Positions 7,285 to 15,286 of a DNA stretch of 30,231 bases are shown one piece after another; the stretch's first letter is position 1; every line of letters starts with the position of its first letter. This DNA is from a virus (taxonomy: Duplodnaviria > Caudoviricetes), in the IMG/VR virus record IMGVR_UViG_3300037325_000089, positions 1 through 30,231 of that record; one strand, 5' to 3'. The notes beneath the pieces were generated by a model. It was not told where the DNA came from, ran no database searches, and saw only the letters and a list, made by a program, of their open reading frames with translations. The translations under genes were made by a program, and so were the position numbers.

Positions 7285-8157
7285 ATGGCAAATGAAATCA
7301 CGAACCCGTTCGGCGGAGCGGTCAAGCCCCTCGACACCAAGGCGATGGCCGCACGAGCGAAGGAGAGCGCCAACGAGGCGCCGCAGCGCGGAGGCGAGAG
7401 CGAGTTTCTTAACTTCTCTGGTAAGAAAGGCGTGTACAGCGCTTTTCAGGACGGTAAGACCGTCACCCCTGATGAGCCTTTCTTGCTGAACGTCGCGTCT
7501 TTCATGGACGGTTGGATCGCGTGGAAGGGCGGCAAGCCGGTCGCCAAGCTCTGGTACAACATCTTCACTGAGCAGCGCATCCCTGAGCCCGACCATGACC
7601 TTCATGGTCCGTACAACACCGCCAAAGGCGAGGGCTGGCAGTCACAGCGCGGCTGGCAGGCGAAGTCCTTGGACAATGACCGTCAGATCGAATTTTCGAA
7701 TAGCTCTGTGTCTGGCAAAGCAGAGATGGGCGACATGCTCAAGGAGGTCTCCCGGCGCATGGCCTCTGGTGAGCCGTGCTGGCCCGTGTTCATTCACGAC
7801 CTCGAAGAGTTTGAGGCGCAGGGCTTCAAAAACTACAAGCCCATCTTTGCGGTGATCGGCTGGTTGGATGACGCAGCGCTGCCGGAGCTGTCGGGCGACG
7901 GAGGCTACGACCTTGACGAGCTGTTTGCTGATAGCGTCAAGCGTACGGGTTCGGCTGCGGTCACTGGCGCACCGGAGGCCGACGAGCCCTCGGAGAGCGA
8001 GAACCCCGGCGCTGGGCTCGACGATGACGACACCGAAGACGCAGAGGTTGTGCCTGACAAGCCTGAGCCCCGTCGCCGTCGCACCAGCGAGGCCCCAGTT
8101 CCCACGGCGAAAGCCGAGGCAGCAGCTACCACTTCACGACGCCGTCGCGCGACGTAA
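7285..8157 (+). CDS. putative ssDNA-binding/annealing protein
   Basis: Aromatic-rich core (FLNFSGKKG, GWIAWKGG, GEGWQ, YKPIF), long acidic low-complexity tail, and position between exonuclease and polymerase. Confidence 0.65.
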   Translation: MANEITNPFGGAVKPLDTKAMAARAKESANEAPQRGGESEFLNFSGKKGVYSAFQDGKTVTPDEPFLLNVASFMDGWIAWKGGKPVAKLWYNIFTEQRIPEPDHDLHGPYNTAKGEGWQSQRGWQAKSLDNDRQIEFSNSSVSGKAEMGDMLKEVSRRMASGEPCWPVFIHDLEEFEAQGFKNYKPIFAVIGWLDDAALPELSGDGGYDLDELFADSVKRTGSAAVTGAPEADEPSESENPGAGLDDDDTEDAEVVPDKPEPRRRRTSEAPVPTAKAEAAATTSRRRRAT

Positions 8158-8169
8158 AGTGGTTGGAGC

Positions 8170-8251
8170 GCAGGGCTCGCAATCCTGTCTCGACCCTGCC
8201 TAGCAGGTGTTTGGGGTCGCCGCCGCAGTTTCCCCAGACTGCGGCGGCGGT
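8170..8251 (+). terminator. tandem GC-rich hairpins downstream of the SSB-like gene (possible terminator/processing site)
   Basis: GCAGGG..CCCTGC (8170-8199) and CGCCGCCGCAGT..ACTGCGGCGGCG (8218-8249). No strong U-tract. Confidence 0.45.
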
Positions 8252-8293
8252 GCTACTTTAGGGATTACCCTACACAGGGGAAAGGGCCACCGG

Positions 8294-8545
8294 ATGAAGA
8301 ACCCATACAACGCCGCCATGTCAGCCCTTGGCTCGCTTGACCGAGCGTGCGCCGAGCTACAGACAGCCCAGCAGCTGCTGGTCAACGGCAATCTGGTTGT
8401 CGTCGGGCCGGTAGTGCCCATCATAGACAGCGCCTACAACATCGCCAACAACGCCAATGTTACGCTGCGGGGCGCTCTGCGTGGCTACCTAAACGAGATC
8501 GCTACACAAGCAGAAGCCGTGCAGCAAGGGGATGATGAGGCATGA
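8294..8545 (+). CDS. hypothetical protein (83 aa)
   Basis: Start re-assigned to ATG 8294 downstream of palindrome 8264; ATGA overlap with the polymerase. Confidence 0.7.
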   Translation: MKNPYNAAMSALGSLDRACAELQTAQQLLVNGNLVVVGPVVPIIDSAYNIANNANVTLRGALRGYLNEIATQAEAVQQGDDEA

Positions 8546-10422
8546 TTACCCAAGCTGCGTCCTACGAGAACACAGAGGCGCTGCTGGCTAAGTCTAGCGC
8601 CTCCTGTGTAATGGCTACCAGAGAGCAGGCCATGGCATGGCTGGCTACCATGGTAGACTTTGCTTTGGACTTCGAGACCACCTCGCTGGACCCTCGGGTC
8701 GGGCGGGTGCGGCTCACTTCTATCTGCAATGACGACCATCACTTCATCATTGACCACGATATGTGTGGGCCGCTGTCCGACTACATTCCCCTGCTGAGGG
8801 GAAAGACTACTGGTGCCAAGGTCGTCTGGGTGTACAACTCAAAGTTTGAGACAACGTGGATCGATCACAACGACCCTCTGTCTTTTGATAGCAGCAAGTG
8901 GATCAGGACGCGCGACGTTGATTTTCTAGCCAAGGCGCACATTGGCGGGCACCCGTCTAGCCTCGCCAAGATGGTCAAGCGCGACCTCAAGGCGATCATC
9001 GACAAGCAAGAGCAGAATAGTAACTGGGGCGATCCGTACTTGTCTCCCTCGCAGCTGGACTACGCAGGGTTCGACAGCTACTTGACGTGGCAGCTCAAGC
9101 AGCACTGGTTCGCCAAGCTGGAGCAGAGCCAGATCGACGCCGCAGAGTTTGTCTTTGACTACTCCGTGCGCGGCACTACCGAGTGCGAGCGCACAGGCAT
9201 AGAGCTAGATGCTGACTACCACTCGGGCACGGTTAGCCTGTGGGAGATGAAGCACGCCACGTTCTTGCGGTACATACGTAAACTTACCCCCGAGGGGGTA
9301 ATAAAGAACCTCAATAGCGACATGCAGATAGGCAAGTATCTTGCCACCATCCTACCGCAAGAAGTCATAGACCACTGGCCGCGCACTGAGAAGAAGAAGC
9401 AGATGCAGTTCGAGGGCAAGTACCTTCGGTCTATATCCAGAAACTTCGGGTACCCGTTCTCTCGGTGGCTGGCTGCGCTGGCTGGCTACAAGTATTACAG
9501 CAAGTACCTGTCCACCTACGGCGACACTCTGCTGAACAAACAAGCGCTGAGCGGCGTAGTGACTGCGCGCTACAATATCGCGCAGGCAGCTACAGGGCGC
9601 TATTCGTCCGCTAATGTCAACAAGCAGAACATACCGCGTAAGCAGGTGGTGCGTAAAGCCTTCTATGTTTCGGACCCGACACTAGAGCTCTTGTGTCTCG
9701 CGGACTACAAAGGCGTAGAGATTAGGGCGCTGGGGGAGATTTCTGGCGACAAGCAGCTGTTGTATGACGCCACGTACTCAGACGTTCACGCGGCGTCTTG
9801 CGCGGCGATTTACGACTACGCTTTGGACTGGGTGCTACAAGTGCTGGACAGCATGGGCAAGGGAGAGCTGGGAGCCAAGTACATGCTGTTGAAAGAGCAG
9901 CGCTCTAAGGCTAAGGGGTTTACCTTCCAGCTTATTTACGGTGCGGCGGCTGCTGCCCTGTCTGACGTGTTGAAGTGCTCTGTCTCCGAAGCAGAGGGCG
10001 CTCTGGACGCTTGGGTTGCTCGATACCCGAAGGCGTACAACTACCGTAACACTATCTATTCGCATATGCAAGTGACCCACGGCTTCATACCTATTGCCGA
10101 TGGCCGCTCGGTCTACGTGCATCGTGACGACAGGACTATGCCCATCGCCGCTAACTACGGCGTGCAAGGCATCGCCGCTTCGGTGATGTACCGGGCAGTA
10201 GGTAGGACGCACCGCTTGTTTGTGGAGAGAGATATACCGGCCAAGCTGGCTGCTACTGTACACGATGAGCTCATATCGCGCTCAGAAACATCCGCCGCAG
10301 AAGAGGCGATGGCCGCACAGATCGAGGGCATGACGCAAGCGTGGCTTGACGTGTTCCCCGGCTCCGACACTGCCAACCTGATCGACTGGAAGATCGGAAC
10401 TACGTGGGCAGATAAACCGTAA
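8542..10422 (+). CDS. polA: family A DNA polymerase with 3'-5' exonuclease domain
   Basis: ExoI DFETT, ExoII YNSKFE, ExoIII YAGFD, TGRYSS, motif A ADYKGVEIR, motif B RSKAKGFTFQLIYG, motif C TVHDEL. Confidence 0.96.
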   Translation: MITQAASYENTEALLAKSSASCVMATREQAMAWLATMVDFALDFETTSLDPRVGRVRLTSICNDDHHFIIDHDMCGPLSDYIPLLRGKTTGAKVVWVYNSKFETTWIDHNDPLSFDSSKWIRTRDVDFLAKAHIGGHPSSLAKMVKRDLKAIIDKQEQNSNWGDPYLSPSQLDYAGFDSYLTWQLKQHWFAKLEQSQIDAAEFVFDYSVRGTTECERTGIELDADYHSGTVSLWEMKHATFLRYIRKLTPEGVIKNLNSDMQIGKYLATILPQEVIDHWPRTEKKKQMQFEGKYLRSISRNFGYPFSRWLAALAGYKYYSKYLSTYGDTLLNKQALSGVVTARYNIAQAATGRYSSANVNKQNIPRKQVVRKAFYVSDPTLELLCLADYKGVEIRALGEISGDKQLLYDATYSDVHAASCAAIYDYALDWVLQVLDSMGKGELGAKYMLLKEQRSKAKGFTFQLIYGAAAAALSDVLKCSVSEAEGALDAWVARYPKAYNYRNTIYSHMQVTHGFIPIADGRSVYVHRDDRTMPIAANYGVQGIAASVMYRAVGRTHRLFVERDIPAKLAATVHDELISRSETSAAEEAMAAQIEGMTQAWLDVFPGSDTANLIDWKIGTTWADKP

Positions 10423-10456
10423 TCCCCTCCAGAGGGTAAACAGGAGACTTACTATG
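10420..10456 (+). promoter_or_regulatory. variant cassette junction (stop + palindrome + RBS)
   Basis: TAATCCCCTCCAGAGGGTAAACAGGAGACTTACTATG. Confidence 0.85.
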
Positions 10457-10482
10457 GTCAAGCTAGTGCCGCTGATCCGCAC

Positions 10483-11028
10483 ATGAGCAATGAGCTTGGC
10501 GGGCGTGTCTTCGGGATGACTGTGCTCTCGCGCAGTATTCCAAAAGGGCGCGCCCGCGTCTCAAAGTCCGGGCATATGTACACTCCAGAGCGAACGCGCT
10601 TGTTTGAGAAGTACATAGCGAACCTAGCAGCCATGTCGCTGGTCTACAGCACGGCGGAGTATCCCCTCAGCATACGGGTCGTTGCCGAACAGGTGCCTCC
10701 CAAGAGCTGGCCTAAATGGCATAAAGCAGCGGCGGCTGCTGGCCTAGTGTTCCCCTCTGGGGGGGATACTGACAACCGCTTGAAGGCGATAAAAGATGCT
10801 CTTAACACCATCGTTTACGCCGACGACAAGCAGATACCAGACATTGCCATGTCTGTTCGCTATGGGGTGCGGGACGTTATCCGCATAGATTTGTACCGGG
10901 TCGGCGTCACGCTTGAAGAAGCCAAGGCGCTATACGCGGCGGGGAGACTTAGCTATGACGAAGTTAATCGACGCGGCGTTGTCTTGGGCGGGCATGGGAG
11001 TGCCGGTGTTCCCATGCGGGACGGATAA
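10483..11028 (+). CDS. rusA: RusA-family Holliday junction resolvase
   Basis: PKGRARV..GHMYTP..T and the catalytic pattern DTDNRLKAIKDALN.IVYADDKQI. Confidence 0.9.
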   Translation: MSNELGGRVFGMTVLSRSIPKGRARVSKSGHMYTPERTRLFEKYIANLAAMSLVYSTAEYPLSIRVVAEQVPPKSWPKWHKAAAAAGLVFPSGGDTDNRLKAIKDALNTIVYADDKQIPDIAMSVRYGVRDVIRIDLYRVGVTLEEAKALYAAGRLSYDEVNRRGVVLGGHGSAGVPMRDG

Positions 11029-12961
11029 GGCTCCGCTGGTAGCCACGGGGTTTCACGCTGCGTCCACCGACCCGGATGCTGTACGCTCGCTGTTCGCTGG
11101 TCACGGGGAAAACATATTCATAGGCGGCGCTATGGGCGGCGCCGCTGGCCTGTTCGCCTGTGATTTCGATACCTACAAGTCGGGGGCGGCTGGCGCGTCG
11201 GCTGCTGCTTTTATGGCAGAGCTGGAAGCGCTAGATATGCTGCCGCCTACGCAGCGCCACCGGACAAAGAGCGGCGGGCTGCACCTTATCTACGAGAGCC
11301 ACAACGGCTATCCTAACTGCAAGCCCGTGCCGGGCGTAGAGATCAAGGGGGAAGGCGGGTACATCATCCTGCCCCCCAGTGCTGGCTATACCATAGAGGA
11401 CAATGGCGGTTTCTCTGTAGCCCCCAAGGCTCTGGTCGAGCGGCTGATCCACCAGAAGAAGCAGCACACTGCTAAGACTGTCAGTCAGCATGAAGACGCT
11501 ATCATGCGCGCGGTTGACTTTCACGATAGCATAGCGTCGATGGTCGCAAAGCTGTTCAGACAAGGACAGCCCGCCAGCGCCGTTATGGCGCGCGTGCTCG
11601 CTGCTCTCGGCTCGTCTGTCGCAGCGTCGCCGCAGCACCCGCGACACGCTAGGTGGCTTGCCCTCATGCAAGACGACAGCGGCGAGCTGGCGCGCATGGT
11701 CGGCTCTGGCCGCGACAAGTTTGACCTTAACGCTGCGACGCAGGATGCCGCTGACAGCGTGGACCCTGCCATCGCCGAACGCCTAAAGCGTGCCGCTGCC
11801 GCTGCTGGCTTTTACGCCAGCAGCGACGCTGACTATTCCCCTGCGGAGGGTATTGCTCCGCCGCCCAAAGATTACGGGGACGCTTGGCCGTTTGCAGACG
11901 ATGGGTACTTTGCCCACGAAGACATAGACGTTGCTAACCAGAAGTTTACCATCTACCCGGTCTACTGCGAGAACGAAAGCGTTGTCATAGCAGCGGACCC
12001 GAAGGCAGGCAAGACAGCGATCAGCCTCAAGCTGGCGTTTGCTCTTGCTTTAGGCAAGTCGATGGGGCCGTTCAGAATTACCGAGCCGCGCGGGGTTTTG
12101 TACTTCTCGCTGGAGGGTACGAGAGCGGTTAAGCTGCGCCTAGAAGCAGAGAAGCGCTTTCGAAGAGACGCTGGCGAGACGTTGCCGGATAAAATCCCGT
12201 TCTTCGTCATAGAGAAGTCTGCTAATTTTATCACGCAGCAAGACGAGCTGATCGGCAAGATAGTGGCTGCGGACAAGTGGTACACCAAGGACACGGGGCA
12301 ACAGCTCGGGCTTATCGTAGTGGACACGCTGACTAAAGCCATGCCCGGCGCAGACCAGAATAGCGTGGACGATACGTCAAAGCTGTTTGAGCTAACGTCT
12401 AAGCTGCGCGACCATGGGGTCACTGCAACGGTGGTCTACATCCACCATACAGGAAAAGATGGCAGGACAAGAGGCTCATCTAACATCGAGGCGGAAGTCG
12501 ATGTCGTTCTGAAAGTACACAAGCAGGAAGACGGCTCATCGCTGCTGTCTATCTTCATGGCCCGCAGCATTGACGACGTAGGCATGTACAGGTTCGAGCT
12601 GCAAAGCTACGATCTGGGAGAGACCACGCAAGGTATCAAGCAGACAGCGCCCGTCGCTGTGCTGACAGAGACCAAGGAGGCGCAGGGTGAGGTCACAGAG
12701 GACGCTAGGCGTGCCCACGTCATCCGCCCGTGGCTCAAGATGCTGGTTAGCGCTGGTCCCGGCAGGTATGACATGGGCAAGCTGCTAGTGCTTGCCAAGA
12801 CTGCTCGCCTAATGGCTGGCAGACAACGGCGTGCTGACATGCTCAAAGTGCTGGATACGATATTTAACAGGGAGACTTCGGTGGTCCACGCTGGGCATGT
12901 TATGTCTGTAGAAACGGACGGCGACAGCTACGTAGCCGTCACCGTCCAGTCGATAGGTTGA
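10955..12961 (+). CDS. bifunctional primase-polymerase / AAA (RepA-like) helicase
   Basis: Start re-assigned to ATG 10955 (GGGGAG RBS). Prim-Pol motifs VFPC..K.P, CDFD, TKSGGLHL, EIKGEGGYIILPPS. Walker A ADPKAGKT, Walker B LIVVDT, IHHTGKD..RGSS. Confidence 0.92.
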   Translation: MTKLIDAALSWAGMGVPVFPCGTDKAPLVATGFHAASTDPDAVRSLFAGHGENIFIGGAMGGAAGLFACDFDTYKSGAAGASAAAFMAELEALDMLPPTQRHRTKSGGLHLIYESHNGYPNCKPVPGVEIKGEGGYIILPPSAGYTIEDNGGFSVAPKALVERLIHQKKQHTAKTVSQHEDAIMRAVDFHDSIASMVAKLFRQGQPASAVMARVLAALGSSVAASPQHPRHARWLALMQDDSGELARMVGSGRDKFDLNAATQDAADSVDPAIAERLKRAAAAAGFYASSDADYSPAEGIAPPPKDYGDAWPFADDGYFAHEDIDVANQKFTIYPVYCENESVVIAADPKAGKTAISLKLAFALALGKSMGPFRITEPRGVLYFSLEGTRAVKLRLEAEKRFRRDAGETLPDKIPFFVIEKSANFITQQDELIGKIVAADKWYTKDTGQQLGLIVVDTLTKAMPGADQNSVDDTSKLFELTSKLRDHGVTATVVYIHHTGKDGRTRGSSNIEAEVDVVLKVHKQEDGSSLLSIFMARSIDDVGMYRFELQSYDLGETTQGIKQTAPVAVLTETKEAQGEVTEDARRAHVIRPWLKMLVSAGPGRYDMGKLLVLAKTARLMAGRQRRADMLKVLDTIFNRETSVVHAGHVMSVETDGDSYVAVTVQSIG

Positions 12962-15286
12962 TTATTCCCCTTGCGGGGGGATATTCTGCCCGAAGTTCAT
13001 CTGGTCCAGCAGCATGGCCTCAGACGGTCCGACCATAGAGCCCATGTAGGCTGCAAGGGGGCTGCTCCCTCCTGCGATACCGGGCCTCATGTTTGGCGCT
13101 TGGCTGGCGTTTGTCAGCGACACATTCATCTTCTCCACAGCCTCGTCGGCTGGCGAGCTTAGAAGGGTGGCACGGTTGGCGTCCACTCCAGCCAGCCCTT
13201 TGACCGACGCTCGCGGCAGCTGTCTACGGAACGCGCCAGCAGCGATTGCGTTTGACATAGCGCCAACGCTACCTGCGGCGATCATAACGCCGTCGCTGAG
13301 CGCTCCCCAAGGGTTCCACGGCCTAGATGGAGCCGCAGCGGTGGGCTTGTACATATCGGCCACCTCGGCCTGTCGAGAGTAATCGCGCAATGCTTTCTGC
13401 ATAGAGCGCACCATCTTCGGCTCAAACACCTCGTTGAGCCTGCCCAAACTGGCAGACTCATCGGAAAACATAGCCGCCAGCTGAGCAGGGCTCTTGTTTC
13501 TGGTCGCGTCGTACAGCGCTGACTTGACCCCTTCTTGAAACGCGGCGTGCTCCGATGCACTCTTGCTGGTTGACTTGACAAAGATGTCAAAGGGCAAGCT
13601 ATCCGTGTCCGCTTTGAGGTATGCGTCGCGCCCTGCCTGATAAGCGTTCTGAGACATAGCGATACCGCCGAACGAGGCGTCAAGCTCTTTCAGTTCGGGG
13701 GCTACCTCATGCAGCCGGTCGTTAAGGCGGGCGCGCAGTGGCAGCAGCATAGTCACCACCTCGGCCTTTTCTTGCGAGCTCATGTTTGAAAACGCGCTGC
13801 CGTCGCGGGCGCTGCCCGTCATCAGGGCATCCAGCTGCTTGCGCAAGTCGAGCAAGTCAGACGGCGCATAAGTGCGCTCTACGCCCTTTCTGGGCTTTGC
13901 TGCCTTACCCGCTTGCTTGTACGGCTTCGGCGAGGTGAGGGCGGCACCTAGTAGATTTTTCTTCAACTCTTCGTACATTGCTTCGGCGCGTGGCGTCTTT
14001 GGCTTATCTCCGCCAGCGTTCCTAAAGCCCCTATCTAACATCCTGTGCAGGGCCACAACAGGGGTTATGTTCGTTCTGTTAATCCTGAGTGCCTGATCGT
14101 ATTGCGGGGTAAGCTCTTCAAACTTCGCTCGGCTGGCCGCGTGCATAGATATGGGGCTCTGCACTGTGGAGGAGCCAAACACCTCTACCATAGTTCTACG
14201 CGGACCTTCTTGCGCCGACTCATAGCGGTTGCGCAGCATAGTGCGCAAAGGCTCTACGGCGTCGATCCTTTTGGTATCAGTCTGCGCCATAAGGTCGTCT
14301 ATCTGCCCCTTAACGCGGTGCGGCATAAGGTCTGCCAGCACTGCGCCGGGGGGCAGGTCTAGCAGCTTGGCAGTTTCGGCTATCGCTTCTGCGTTGATAC
14401 CAAGAACACCGCTCGGCAAGACCTCCATAAAGGCATCACCATCGTTTTGCCGAATACTGTCGCGCACGGCAATAGCCGCTGTGTTGTCAGGGTCGCGCAG
14501 CCCCGCTTTGCGAGTTACGTACTTGACGCCGTGGTCAAACACCGCCTCAGCTGCAAGCGTACCTACAGCGCCCGCGCCAAAGCCATAGAGGGCTGCGACG
14601 TGTGGATTTCCCTGCTGCGTGGCAACCGAATAGGCGGCGCTTTCCACGGCCCCGACAGCGCCCATACCCAGCGCCCGCGTGACCATGTTATTTTTGAACA
14701 GGCCAGCGCCGTATTGCGTCAGGGCGTTTATGCCTTTCACCCCTGCTATGCCCAACCGAGCGGGAATACTGCCGGGGGTCAGCGCTCCTGCTAGTTCCCC
14801 GACCAGATTTGACGAGTCGTTCAGCCCTTCATTGACCGCTGACATCCGCTTTCCCGGAGGCCCTGCGAAGGGGTCGAGGGCAATGGACGCAAGGCCCAGC
14901 ACAGGGTTGATGATCCCGCCAGTAAACCCTTGCGCTACGCCAACGGCTGTATCCAGTGCTATTCCTCCGTCAGAGTCGTCGGGGCCTCTGCGGGCAAAGT
15001 AATCAGCAGTCGCACCAAGCGCTCCCACGCTGGTTCGGCTCATCATGTCGGTCCATGCCTTTGCCAGCTTTCCCCTCTTGGGGGTATTCTCGTAGACCCT
15101 ATCCTCGTCGCGCTTCTTGTCGTAGGCAAGGTCTTCGCCCCGCTCAAGAGCTTTGAAGAAGGCGGCTTGGCCTGCAAGCCGCTGCATATCTTGCTCAGCG
15201 GCTTGCGGGACCAGCGCAGGAAACGGCTGAGACTTGGGCGAGGGTGCAGGCGCAGTGGCGGGCGTTGGCTGGGGAGGGCCGGGCAT
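12962..15286 (-). CDS. putative internal virion / DNA ejection protein (774 aa)
   Basis: Long Ala/Gly-rich helical ORF at the end of the virion operon, with hydrophobic Gly-rich segments; called from synteny. Confidence 0.7.
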   Translation of the reverse strand: MPGPPQPTPATAPAPSPKSQPFPALVPQAAEQDMQRLAGQAAFFKALERGEDLAYDKKRDEDRVYENTPKRGKLAKAWTDMMSRTSVGALGATADYFARRGPDDSDGGIALDTAVGVAQGFTGGIINPVLGLASIALDPFAGPPGKRMSAVNEGLNDSSNLVGELAGALTPGSIPARLGIAGVKGINALTQYGAGLFKNNMVTRALGMGAVGAVESAAYSVATQQGNPHVAALYGFGAGAVGTLAAEAVFDHGVKYVTRKAGLRDPDNTAAIAVRDSIRQNDGDAFMEVLPSGVLGINAEAIAETAKLLDLPPGAVLADLMPHRVKGQIDDLMAQTDTKRIDAVEPLRTMLRNRYESAQEGPRRTMVEVFGSSTVQSPISMHAASRAKFEELTPQYDQALRINRTNITPVVALHRMLDRGFRNAGGDKPKTPRAEAMYEELKKNLLGAALTSPKPYKQAGKAAKPRKGVERTYAPSDLLDLRKQLDALMTGSARDGSAFSNMSSQEKAEVVTMLLPLRARLNDRLHEVAPELKELDASFGGIAMSQNAYQAGRDAYLKADTDSLPFDIFVKSTSKSASEHAAFQEGVKSALYDATRNKSPAQLAAMFSDESASLGRLNEVFEPKMVRSMQKALRDYSRQAEVADMYKPTAAAPSRPWNPWGALSDGVMIAAGSVGAMSNAIAAGAFRRQLPRASVKGLAGVDANRATLLSSPADEAVEKMNVSLTNASQAPNMRPGIAGGSSPLAAYMGSMVGPSEAMLLDQMNFGQNIPPQGE

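Noticed and set aside
8542-10422. Unusual polymerase suggesting modified-base DNA
   Set aside because: Motifs are canonical, with Phe at the position equivalent to E. coli PolI 762, and no nucleotide-modification genes are recognisable in the window.
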